This document shows positions 22,739-31,580 of a DNA stretch of 49,481 nt, piece after piece (within the stretch, counting starts at the first letter, position 1; each line of letters begins with the position of its first letter). A program made the translations under genes and the position numbers. Origin of the DNA: Alphaproteobacteria bacterium (GTDB taxonomy: Bacteria; Myxococcota_A; UBA796; SXON01); contig JBEIQZ010000002.1 in NCBI GenBank assembly GCA_040376255.1, forward strand, positions 1 to 49,481, in the 5' to 3' direction. The notes beneath the pieces were generated by a model that was given only the letters and a program-made list of their open reading frames with translations, was not told where the DNA came from and ran no database searches.

Positions 22739-23467
22739 TCAGGCGTGCAGCCGGTAACCGAGGCCGTGGACGGTCTCCACCGGATCGATCCCGGCGTCCT
22801 TGCACTTCTGGCGGATGCGCCGGATGTGGGAGTCGAGGGTGCGGTCAGAGAGGTGGTGGCCCTCGCCGTAGGCGCGGTCGGTGATCTCCTCGCGGGTGTA
22901 GGCGCGGCCGGGGTGGCTCATCAGCACCTGGAGGATGCTGAACTCCGTCACGGTGAGCGTCAGCTCGACGGCGCCCCCGGGAGCGGCCGGGGCGGACACA
23001 TGGACGCGGTGCAGCACCGGATCGAGGCTGAGCGCGCCGCAGCGGAGGATCGGGCTGGGCGCGCCTGCCGGGGCGGGCTCGGGGCGGGCCCGGCGGAGGA
23101 CGGCCTTGATCCGGCTGACCAGCTCGCGGGGAGAGAACGGCTTGCACAGGTAGTCGTCCCCGCCCATCTCCAGCCCGAGGACGCGATCCAGCTCCTCGTC
23201 GCGGCTGGAGAGGAACACGATGGGGACGGTGTTGATCGGCGGGCCGGACTGCCGGATGCGGCGGCAGGCTTCCAGGCCGTCGAGTTCGGGCATTACCACG
23301 TCCATCACGATCAGATCGGGCGGCAGCTCCGGCGGCTCGGCGCGGGCGGCGGCGACGGCCTGCAGCCCGTCTGCCGCCTCGGTGATCGTCCAGCCCTGCC
23401 GGGCGAGCGCGTAGCGGACCACTTCGCGCAGGTGCGGATCGTCGTCCACCACCAGGATCTTCGTCAT
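22739..23467 (-). CDS. OmpR/PhoB-family response regulator
   Basis: ILVVDDD, DLIVMDVVMP, FLSSRD, DDYLCKPF; winged helix RTLDSHIRRIRQK...ETVHGLGY. Confidence 0.96.
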   Translation of the reverse strand: MTKILVVDDDPHLREVVRYALARQGWTITEAADGLQAVAAARAEPPELPPDLIVMDVVMPELDGLEACRRIRQSGPPINTVPIVFLSSRDEELDRVLGLEMGGDDYLCKPFSPRELVSRIKAVLRRARPEPAPAGAPSPILRCGALSLDPVLHRVHVSAPAAPGGAVELTLTVTEFSILQVLMSHPGRAYTREEITDRAYGEGHHLSDRTLDSHIRRIRQKCKDAGIDPVETVHGLGYRLHA

Positions 23468-24039
23468 GCAGTGATCTTCTCCTCCGCGCTGTTCATCTCG
23501 CTGTTCATCTCGCTGAGCGCCCGCACCCGCGCCGCCAGCGATTGTACCCGGCTCCGCACCGGAGCGGTATCCCCCGCCAGCGCCACCAGCCCGATCTGGA
23601 TCCGCAATTGTATAACCTCCCGCAGCGACGCCTCGATCTCCTGCGCCGCCCGCGCCCGCGCGATCTGGAGCGGCTGGGCGCTCGCTGCGATCTCCGGGTC
23701 GGAGAGCAGGCGATCCACCAGCCCGATCCGGGCGTCCGCCGCCAGCAGGCTCCGCTCCATGCCCTGGACCTCCGCCGCCGGGATCAGATCCTGACCTGAG
23801 GGCTCGGCCAGCGACGCCCGGAGCGCGGCGAAGGCGGCGATGATCCGCGCCGCGTGCGGCCCTTTTCCCGTCGGCAGCCCCTCCGCGCCCTCAGCCGGGC
23901 CGACCAGCAGCGGCCACGCCACCAGCGCCGCCGCCGCCTGCGCGGCCGGATGCCCGCGCCGCCACATCGACGCCCCGACCCCCGCCCCGATCAGCAAATA
24001 GGCCAGCAGCACCCAGGGGAGCAGGCCGCTGCCCATCAC
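23464..24039 (-). CDS. Hypothetical membrane protein (two N-terminal TMs + helical domain)
   Basis: Overlapping stop/start with both neighbours; hydrophobic N-terminus. Confidence 0.75.
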   Translation of the reverse strand: MMGSGLLPWVLLAYLLIGAGVGASMWRRGHPAAQAAAALVAWPLLVGPAEGAEGLPTGKGPHAARIIAAFAALRASLAEPSGQDLIPAAEVQGMERSLLAADARIGLVDRLLSDPEIAASAQPLQIARARAAQEIEASLREVIQLRIQIGLVALAGDTAPVRSRVQSLAARVRALSEMNSEMNSAEEKITA

Positions 24040-24776
24040 TCACCTCCTTCATGCGCGCCGCGCCCGCCGGTCCGCCCGATCACCCCGGCGCCCTCCGGCT
24101 CCCAGTCCTGGTAGGCGCCGAGGGAGGCCAGCACCGTCGCGCCGAGGCTGGAGAAGATGTCCTCCTCGACCGGGCGCAGGAAGCTCACCTCGCCCGCCGG
24201 CCGCGCCACGAACGGGCGCAGCAGCCAGCCCGACTGCGCCATGCACAGGCAGATCAGCCCGAGCGACCCGGCGAGCGCCGCCTGCCGCAGCATCCCGCTC
24301 CCCGGCAGGGTGCGGACGACGGTGGAGAGGCCGGGCAGCCCGACCAGCCCCAGGGTGCCGACCATCGCGAGGATCGCGAGGTGGTAGTCGATGCGCACCG
24401 AGTAGACGAGCCAGATGATCGGGCTGCTCGCCGCCAGCAGGATGGCCGTGCGCGCGAGCCCCGCGAGCCCCGCAAGCGCCAGCCGGGTGTACCGGACCTC
24501 GACCTCGCAGGCGGCACAGATCGCGTGGATCGCCGGGAGGCAGACCAGCACCGGGATCAACAGTAGAAACGGGAACTTGGCCGCCGCATAGACCGTCTGG
24601 AGCCCGCCCCGGTAGCTCCCGACGACCGCCCCGAAGATCCCGCCGCCCAGCCCCACCAGCGCGAGCAGCGCGGGCATGAGGCGGCGCAGGCCGTCCGGGT
24701 TTGCAGGATCGGAGAACTCTGCGATGAGGGCGACAGGGTCGCGCAGGAGGCGGGTGCTGAGGGTGATGAGGTTCAT
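24036..24776 (-). CDS. Hypothetical integral membrane protein (5 TM, QxxWxLRPF motif; possibly Yip1-like)
   Basis: Five hydrophobic segments; GGAG RBS; coupled to the downstream gene. Confidence 0.75.
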   Translation of the reverse strand: MNLITLSTRLLRDPVALIAEFSDPANPDGLRRLMPALLALVGLGGGIFGAVVGSYRGGLQTVYAAAKFPFLLLIPVLVCLPAIHAICAACEVEVRYTRLALAGLAGLARTAILLAASSPIIWLVYSVRIDYHLAILAMVGTLGLVGLPGLSTVVRTLPGSGMLRQAALAGSLGLICLCMAQSGWLLRPFVARPAGEVSFLRPVEEDIFSSLGATVLASLGAYQDWEPEGAGVIGRTGGRGAHEGGE

Positions 24777-24793
24777 GGGGCTCTCCGGAGAGA

Positions 24794-24829
24794 ATTTTAA
24801 AGCTGATTTAAAAGTTTATTTTAAAGTCA
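24794..24829. repeat. AT-rich 3x 12-bp tandem repeat in an intergenic spacer
   Basis: attttaaagctg / atttaaaagttt / attttaaagtca. Confidence 0.8.
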
Positions 24830-25441
24830 AAGAATCGCGAGCAGCGGACCGACACAGAGCCGGAGCCCGATCAGCCCCGCCAGCACCGCCCAGCAGAGGC
24901 CGAGGCTCAGCATCATGAAGCCGCCGCCGTTGGTCCCGGCCAGCCGCTCAGTCTGCTCCATGCGGAGGACGCAGATCCCGAGGCCGAGCGCCCCGGCGGC
25001 GAGGTAGAGCAGCCCGAACAGCATCGGCGCGATGTCGGTGGTCAGCACGAACAGCCCGACCACCGGCACCAGCCCGAGCGCCACGTCCCCGACCCGGCAG
25101 AAGGACTGCCCCAGATCCTGCAGCAGGGCGCGCGGCTCTGCCTGGAGGTTCAGGTACTGGTGCGCGACCAGCAGCGCGGGCGCCGTCAGCACCCCGGTCC
25201 CCAGCACCGGCACCAGCCCCGCCTCCAGCCCCGAGAGCAGCGAGGCGTCATGCCCCCCCAGCGCGGCCACCGCGCCCAGCCCCGCCATCCCGACCGCAGC
25301 GCGGAGGACGCGCGCTGCGCCCAGCGGCGGGGCAGACATCACAGGGAGAGCGGCGGAGAGCGCAGGCGGGGCGGAGAGCGCAGGCGGCGGGACAGACAGC
25401 AGGGAGACAGGCGCGGGGAGGGTGGCTTCGGCAGGCTGCAT
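24827..25441 (-). CDS. Hypothetical integral membrane protein (possible paralogue of 24036..24776)
   Basis: Five hydrophobic segments; TAGAAT -10 and GGAG RBS upstream. Confidence 0.7.
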   Translation of the reverse strand: MQPAEATLPAPVSLLSVPPPALSAPPALSAALPVMSAPPLGAARVLRAAVGMAGLGAVAALGGHDASLLSGLEAGLVPVLGTGVLTAPALLVAHQYLNLQAEPRALLQDLGQSFCRVGDVALGLVPVVGLFVLTTDIAPMLFGLLYLAAGALGLGICVLRMEQTERLAGTNGGGFMMLSLGLCWAVLAGLIGLRLCVGPLLAIL

Positions 25442-25555
25442 GTTCGCTCCATTTCTGCCTTCATTCTATGGAGCCGGTATGCGCGCCCCCTGTCCGGAGG
25501 GCGCAGCGGGCGCTTCAGGACGGTGCAAGGATGGTGCAACAGGATAAACCGGGGT

Positions 25556-27052
25556 GTGCCTCCCTCTCCCATCGATCTGCTCCGCAACCGGCGGCGCGCT
25601 GAGACCGGCCCCCCGCTCGGGCGGGGCGGGCGCGGGCGGGTGGCGATGGTGTACCCCTCCCCGTACCGCGCCGGGATGTCCTCGCTGGGCTTCCAGTGGA
25701 TCTGCAGCCTGATCGAGTCGGGCGGTTTTTCAGTCGAGCGCGCCTTTTTGCCTGACGACGTCGACGCATGGGCGAAGATCCGCCGCCCCGTCCTGACGAT
25801 GGAGAGCCTAAGCCCGATCAGCAGCTTCCCGCTGATCGGCGTAAGCCTCGCCTACGAGCTTGAATTGGCCGGGCTCATCCAGCTCCTCGATCTCTCCGGC
25901 ATCCCGGCGCTCGCGCGGGATCGCGGCCCCGATCACCCGAAGATCCTGCTCGGCGGGCCGCTGACGTTCTCGAACCCGCTGTCTGCAGCGCCGTTCGTGG
26001 ACGGGATGATCCTCGGCGAGGCGGAGGACGTGATCCTCCCGGCGGTCGAAGGCTTTTTTGACACCGGTGCGCTGACCCACCTGCGCGATCTGCCCGGCGG
26101 CTGGCTGCCCGATCACCACGGCCCGATCCTGCCGCCGGTGGCGCGGGCGGAGGACGGGCAGCTCCCGGCGCGATCCCGGCTGATGTCGCCGGACGCCGAA
26201 TTGTCCGACATGTTCCTGATCGAGGGGGAGCGCGGCTGCCACCGGGCCTGCACCTTCTGCGTGATGCGGCGCTCCACGAACGGCGGGATGCGGCTGGTCG
26301 ATCCGGCCTCCGTCCTCAGCTATGTCCCGGAGGAGGCGAAGCGGGTGGGGCTGGTCGGGGCGGCCATCTCCGATCACCCGCAGCTCGTCGGGCTGCTGCA
26401 GGCGCTCGTTGACAGCGGGCGCGGGATCGGGGTGTCGTCGCTGCGGGCGGATCGGGTGGCGCTGAAGCCGGACATCCCCCGGCTGCTGCGGCTCGGCGGC
26501 TACCAGACGCTGACCGTGGCCTCAGACGCGGCCTCCCAGCGGCTCCGGCGGCAGATCATGAAGGGGACGACCGAGGCGCACCTGATCGCCTGCGCGGAGG
26601 CCGCGCACACCCACCGCTACCAGCGGCTCAAGGTCTACATGATGCTCGGCCTGCCGGACGAGCAGGACAGCGACATCGACGAATTGATCGACCTCACCCG
26701 CCGCCTCGCCGCGATCCACCCCACCGCCCTCGGGATCGCCCCCTTCGTGCCGAAGTACAACACCCCGATGGCCCGCGCCCCCTTCGCCGGGGTGCAGCTC
26801 GTCGAATCCCGGCTCGACCGGCTCCAGCGCGGCCTGAAGGGGAGCTGCGCCGAGATCCGCTCCACCTCCGCCAAGTGGGCGTGGGTCGAGTACCGGCTCG
26901 CGCAGGGCGGCCCGCAGACCGGGCTGGCGGTGATGGAGGCCGCCCGCAACGGGGGCAGCTTCTCGGCGTGGAAGAAGGCGCTCGCCCGCTATGAGGGGAG
27001 CGACGCGCAGGCGGCAGCGCAGACGGCAGACGCGCCGGTCGCTCAGGTCTGA
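25556..27052 (+). CDS. Radical SAM protein (TIGR03960-like family)
   Basis: VAMVYPSPYRAGMSSLGFQ N-terminus, CxxxCxxC (GCHRACTFC), SSLRAD, KVYMMLGLPDE, PFVPKYNTP. Start trimmed from 25160 to GTG 25556. Confidence 0.88.
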   Translation: MPPSPIDLLRNRRRAETGPPLGRGGRGRVAMVYPSPYRAGMSSLGFQWICSLIESGGFSVERAFLPDDVDAWAKIRRPVLTMESLSPISSFPLIGVSLAYELELAGLIQLLDLSGIPALARDRGPDHPKILLGGPLTFSNPLSAAPFVDGMILGEAEDVILPAVEGFFDTGALTHLRDLPGGWLPDHHGPILPPVARAEDGQLPARSRLMSPDAELSDMFLIEGERGCHRACTFCVMRRSTNGGMRLVDPASVLSYVPEEAKRVGLVGAAISDHPQLVGLLQALVDSGRGIGVSSLRADRVALKPDIPRLLRLGGYQTLTVASDAASQRLRRQIMKGTTEAHLIACAEAAHTHRYQRLKVYMMLGLPDEQDSDIDELIDLTRRLAAIHPTALGIAPFVPKYNTPMARAPFAGVQLVESRLDRLQRGLKGSCAEIRSTSAKWAWVEYRLAQGGPQTGLAVMEAARNGGSFSAWKKALARYEGSDAQAAAQTADAPVAQV

Positions 27053-27070
27053 TCGCCTGGTCGTACGCCG

Positions 27071-27844
27071 CTACTCCGTCCCGTTCACGTGGGCCTCGAT
27101 CCCCTCATAGTAGGCGAGCGTCCCCTTGATGAGCTCGGTGAGGAGCTGTTCTTCCGTCACCAGCCCGTCAACGATGGTCTTCAGGCGGCTCCACGAGGAG
27201 TTGTACCACAGCACCCCACCGTCCTGCTGCAGCCAGACCTCGATGGTCCAGCCGCAGAGGATGCCGTTCTCGCCGCCCTCGGCGAAGCCGGACTCCGGCA
27301 CCCAGCTCCGCGCGATCATCGCGGTGCCGTGGGAGGTCTCCACCCAGCGGAAGTCCTTGAACATCGAGTAGGGGATGACGATCCCGAACGGGCCGCTCTT
27401 CTCCACGATGTTGTCGGTGGTCATGTGGTCGCCGCCGTCGAGGAAGTCCTCGCCGCTCAGGATCACGCGCGTCCACTGCTTGTAGGTGCTGTGGGCGAAG
27501 CTCTGATCCTCCTCCATCGAGGCCGACGCGTAGCCGTCCAGATCCCCGTCCACGACGTCGATCACGCCCGCCCCGCCGGTCTCCATCTCGCCGCCCTCTT
27601 CGAGATCGTGGATGTCGATGTCCGGATCCAGCTCCAGCCCCACCACGTCCTCGGCGCGGATCGCCTCCAGGAACCACCCGTTGCTCTCCGGAGTGTCGTG
27701 GGTCACCAGCCACTCCAGCAGCGCGTCGATATCCTCCGGCTCCGATTCAGCATCGAAGTTTTTCAGCGCCACCCGCGACAGATCGTCGAGTGTCGCCGGA
27801 GAGAGTTCAGGGGGGGCTTTGCAGGCGAGGAGAATGAACCACAT
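27071..27844 (-). CDS. Hypothetical lipoprotein with very short signal (MWFILLAC)
   Basis: LLAC lipobox at residues 5-8; acidic natural composition. Confidence 0.75.
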   Translation of the reverse strand: MWFILLACKAPPELSPATLDDLSRVALKNFDAESEPEDIDALLEWLVTHDTPESNGWFLEAIRAEDVVGLELDPDIDIHDLEEGGEMETGGAGVIDVVDGDLDGYASASMEEDQSFAHSTYKQWTRVILSGEDFLDGGDHMTTDNIVEKSGPFGIVIPYSMFKDFRWVETSHGTAMIARSWVPESGFAEGGENGILCGWTIEVWLQQDGGVLWYNSSWSRLKTIVDGLVTEEQLLTELIKGTLAYYEGIEAHVNGTE

Positions 27845-27895
27845 GGTCAGGAAGGATAGCAGATCGCGGCGGACACTACTACCTCTCCGTGAGGA

Positions 27896-30886
27896 TCACT
27901 CCTTCTTCTTCTTCTCTTCCTTCTCCGGCTTGATCTTCAGCCCGTGTTCGGCCGCGTAATTGACGCGGGCCGTCTTCCAGTCGAAGACCTCGTAGGCGAT
28001 CTTGGCAGCGTCGAACGTCGGCTTCAGCACTTCGACCGGCCCGACCACGGAGATGACCTCATGCCCGACACAGGTGTCCATCAGCTTCACCATCGCCGGG
28101 ATGTTGGCGTTCTGGAGGCGCTGATAGTAGCTGTTATAAAAATCGATAGGGCGGAGGTTGGAGAACAGCCCCATGAGCCGGGAGTACATCTGGTTGGTGG
28201 ACTGGTGGCCGAGGACGAGCTGCTGCGCGCGCTTGTACTTGGCGACCGCGACGTCGTCGGGGTCGATCTTTCCGTCCTTGGCGCCCTGGCCGATGTTGAG
28301 GAAGGCCTGCACGCCCATCGCCACCTTGCCGTTCTCGACGAGGCTGTTCATCAGCAGGAAGCTGACACCGCCCGGATAGTGCATCGCGCCGACGCTGGCG
28401 CCGTAGCTGGCGCCCGTCTCCTCGCGGAGCGCCATCCACGCCTTCGTGTCGAGGGTGTCGGCGAGGATGGTGGCGGTGACGGCGCCCTGCTCGTCGAGGT
28501 GCGGGAGCTGGCACATGTAGGTGACGTCCGCCTGGCTGGACTTCTCCTTGTCGACCAGCAGGACGGTGCGGGCGGGGGGGGCGGGGAGGGGCGCGTAGGC
28601 GGTCTTGAGCTCTGCCGGGGCGGCGGGCTTGTCGCCCCAGCCGTCCCAGCCGCCGAACCAGGTCTTGACGTCGGCGATGACGTCGGCGGGCTTGACGTTA
28701 CCGACGACGAGGATGGTCCCGTTCTCGGGGCGCAGGATGTTGCTGTACACCGTGCTGACGTCGCTGATGCCCAGCTTCATGAACGCATCGTAGTCCGCAT
28801 GCGTGTACCAGTCCGACAGCGCGTGGCCCGGCGCCAGCCGGAGCTGCTGCTGCTGCTGCGCCCACCAGAACGGATCCTTCAGGTTGGTGGCGATGATCTT
28901 CTTCCACTCGCGCGCCCAGTCGAGCTTGCCGTTGGTGTCAGCGCGGAGGTTCTCGATGCGCTCCCGCAGGATGTAGATCGCGTCCGTCGTGTTGCCGACC
29001 GACGCCGACATGTTGAACGTGGTGGCGCTGCTCCCGATGCCGTAGGTGTCGAAGCCGGCGATGCGGAGGGCGTCGATGCCGTTGGCGGTGAGCTGAGCGG
29101 AGGCGTCGTCACCGACGAAGTTCCATCCGGCCCAGGAGTCGTTGACCTGCATGACATCGGCGAAGTCGGCGAGGCCGCGCGGGAAGTCGGAGAGGGAGCC
29201 GCCCTTGAAGGAGAGGCCGACCTGCACCAGCGGGGAGCCGGAGTAGGGCATGACCAGGACGCGCATGCCGTTGGGGAGCTTCTCCTCGACGATCTTGCTG
29301 ACGTCAGGCGGGATCGCGGCGTCCTTCAGCACCTGCTCGGTCACCATCTTCTCGGTGATCGGGCTGCTGGCGCGATCGGCGCGGTTGGCGCCCTTGTACG
29401 TCGAGTTCGACGAGTCCACCACGATGTCGCCCTCCTCGTAGGGCTCCATCACCAGCGCCACCGCACGGCTCCGGTTCAGGTACTTCTGCGAGAATTCGCG
29501 GACCTGCTTGATGTCCACCTTGCTGATCGCGCTGAATTGCGCCGAGAAGTACTTGAGGTCGCCGGTGTAGTAGGTGTACATCGCCGCAGAGGTCACGCGG
29601 TCGGTGAACAGCGAGGAGATCAGATCGACGCTCTGGAACACCGAGGCGAGGCTGTTCTGCTTGGAGTAGTTGAAGAACAGGTCGTCAAGGCCGCGATCCG
29701 TCTCCGACTCCGGGTTGCTCCAGGCGTGGTACAGCCCGTCGAGCGCCTTGGCCGCGACCGCCTTGCCGTCGGTCCCCTTCTTCATCTCGACGACGCAGTA
29801 GCCGACCGAGGCGTAGACCTGAGACTGGAGGCCGCAGCCGACCTTGTTGAGATCGTAGCCGGTCTCCTCAGCGATCCCTGAGGCCATGCGGCTGACCGCG
29901 ACCTGCATCATCGGCTGCTGCTCGCGCCAGCCGGGCGGCAGCGACCAGCCGATCATCGCGAACGGCTCCTCGACCGGGCCGCGCACGACGCTGATGCCCT
30001 CCGGCTCGCCGTGGACCTCGGCGGGCTCGGCGGGGGGCGGCGGCTCCTCATTGATCACCGGCAGGTGGCCCCTGGGCTCCATCGCCTTCAGCTCGGCCAG
30101 CGGGTTCGCCGGATCGACGAGGACCTCGTAGCCGAGGTTCTCCTCGATGAGCTTCCAGGTGTCTTCGAGCTTGAAGTCGCCGGTGACGAAGATGGTGGTC
30201 TTGTCCGGGCCGTAGTTCTCCTTGACGAAGGAGGCGACGTCCTCCAGCCGGATGGCGTTGAGCGACTCGTGGTTGCCGATGCCCGCGTAGGCCGCGCGCC
30301 CGTACTGGTGGCTCTTGGGGAACAGCCGCACCATCAGGTAGCCGAAGGCCGCGCCGGAGGAGTTCTCGTAGCGCATGCGGAGCTCGTTGCGGACGACGTC
30401 CTTCTCAACCGCGAGGACGTCCGCCTTCACGCCCTCGATCGCCGCCACCATGCGCTGCCGCTCCAGCTTCATCAGCGTCGCCAGGTGCTTGGCGGGCGCC
30501 ACCGTCATGTACACCGTCTCATCGTCCGCCGTGAAGGCGTTGAGGTTCGCGCCCATGAGCTCGAGCATGTCCCAGACCTTCGGGGCCTTCTCGCCGTCCG
30601 TGGACTGGTAGGAGCGGAACCAGAGGTGCTCGACGAGGTGCGCGATGCCCTCCCGCCCCGCCGGATCGGAGGTGCTGCCCCGCCCGTTCACCATCGTGAT
30701 CGAAACCAGCGGCTGCGAGTGATCCTCCTGAAACACCACCCGCAACCCTGAAGGGAAGTTGTAATCCCGCAGGGTCAGGCTGTACTCAGCGGGCTTGAAC
30801 TCCAGCTTGCGCTTCGGATAGTTGTCAGCGGTCGCCAGCAGGGGGATCCCCAGGACGGCGAGGAGGGCGAGGCGGTTGAGCTTCAT
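27896..30886 (-). CDS. Secreted M16 (pitrilysin/insulinase) family zinc metallopeptidase, fused two-half form
   Basis: Signal peptide MKLNRLALLAVLGIPLLA (ATG 30886 after AGGAG); inverted zinc motif HLVEH, NAFT, VRNELRMR; second half begins LPNGMRVLV and lacks HxxEH. Confidence 0.92.
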   Translation of the reverse strand: MKLNRLALLAVLGIPLLATADNYPKRKLEFKPAEYSLTLRDYNFPSGLRVVFQEDHSQPLVSITMVNGRGSTSDPAGREGIAHLVEHLWFRSYQSTDGEKAPKVWDMLELMGANLNAFTADDETVYMTVAPAKHLATLMKLERQRMVAAIEGVKADVLAVEKDVVRNELRMRYENSSGAAFGYLMVRLFPKSHQYGRAAYAGIGNHESLNAIRLEDVASFVKENYGPDKTTIFVTGDFKLEDTWKLIEENLGYEVLVDPANPLAELKAMEPRGHLPVINEEPPPPAEPAEVHGEPEGISVVRGPVEEPFAMIGWSLPPGWREQQPMMQVAVSRMASGIAEETGYDLNKVGCGLQSQVYASVGYCVVEMKKGTDGKAVAAKALDGLYHAWSNPESETDRGLDDLFFNYSKQNSLASVFQSVDLISSLFTDRVTSAAMYTYYTGDLKYFSAQFSAISKVDIKQVREFSQKYLNRSRAVALVMEPYEEGDIVVDSSNSTYKGANRADRASSPITEKMVTEQVLKDAAIPPDVSKIVEEKLPNGMRVLVMPYSGSPLVQVGLSFKGGSLSDFPRGLADFADVMQVNDSWAGWNFVGDDASAQLTANGIDALRIAGFDTYGIGSSATTFNMSASVGNTTDAIYILRERIENLRADTNGKLDWAREWKKIIATNLKDPFWWAQQQQQLRLAPGHALSDWYTHADYDAFMKLGISDVSTVYSNILRPENGTILVVGNVKPADVIADVKTWFGGWDGWGDKPAAPAELKTAYAPLPAPPARTVLLVDKEKSSQADVTYMCQLPHLDEQGAVTATILADTLDTKAWMALREETGASYGASVGAMHYPGGVSFLLMNSLVENGKVAMGVQAFLNIGQGAKDGKIDPDDVAVAKYKRAQQLVLGHQSTNQMYSRLMGLFSNLRPIDFYNSYYQRLQNANIPAMVKLMDTCVGHEVISVVGPVEVLKPTFDAAKIAYEVFDWKTARVNYAAEHGLKIKPEKEEKKKKE

Positions 30887-30983
30887 AGGGTCTCCTGGGA
30901 GAGAAAGACACAGCACGGGCGTACCCGCTTCCGGGCGCCCCTCAGGTGGGGTCGGATGGCACACTGTTTAGCACGAAACCGGG

Positions 30984-31568
30984 CTACCTGCAGTCTGCCC
31001 AGAGCCCCAGATTCTCCTGTTGTGCAGCCTGTACGTCGGTTGCGATCAGATCAGCGAAGCTGTCGTTGGGCGGGATAGTGAGCTGCTCGGCGAAGCCGTT
31101 CCGGGCGAGGTTCCGATCCCAGAAGCCCTCGTCCGTGGCGTCGCGGAAGACGTAGGCCAGCGTCCGGTCGTACACGTCGAGGCACTCCCCGTCGAAGGTC
31201 AGCCAGACGAGGTTCCCCTCCAGCGCCTCGATGCTGCGGCGCCACGCCTCGTTGCCGTAGCACTCCTCCGGCGAGTCGGGGTGATCGACCTCCGGGGTGT
31301 CCACGCCGATCATGCGGATCTTCAGCGATGAGCCATCATCGTCGCGGCTCGACCAGAAGGTGTCCCCGTCCACCACCTCTGTCACCCGGACGATCATCGG
31401 CGACATACAGGGCGAGTCGCCCTCCGGCAGCCCGGTAAGCGCCCGCACCCGCGCGTCGTCCGCCGCCTGATCGTCCGCCGTGTCCCAGGGGATCGAGTCC
31501 TGATCACCGGTGGTTTCAGGATCAGGGTTTTTCTCGACCGGGATGCATGCCAGGAGCAGGATCAGCAT
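30984..31568 (-). CDS. Thermonuclease (SNase) family lipoprotein
   Basis: VVDGDT, IRMIGVDTPE, DVYDRTLAYV, GLWADC; MLILLLAC signal. Confidence 0.92.
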   Translation of the reverse strand: MLILLLACIPVEKNPDPETTGDQDSIPWDTADDQAADDARVRALTGLPEGDSPCMSPMIVRVTEVVDGDTFWSSRDDDGSSLKIRMIGVDTPEVDHPDSPEECYGNEAWRRSIEALEGNLVWLTFDGECLDVYDRTLAYVFRDATDEGFWDRNLARNGFAEQLTIPPNDSFADLIATDVQAAQQENLGLWADCR

Positions 31569-31580
31569 CAGCGCAATGTA

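Noticed and set aside
25160-25555. 132-aa N-terminal extension of the radical SAM ORF
   Set aside because: It overlaps the opposite-strand membrane gene and is Arg/Gly-rich; family-like sequence starts at GTG 25556.
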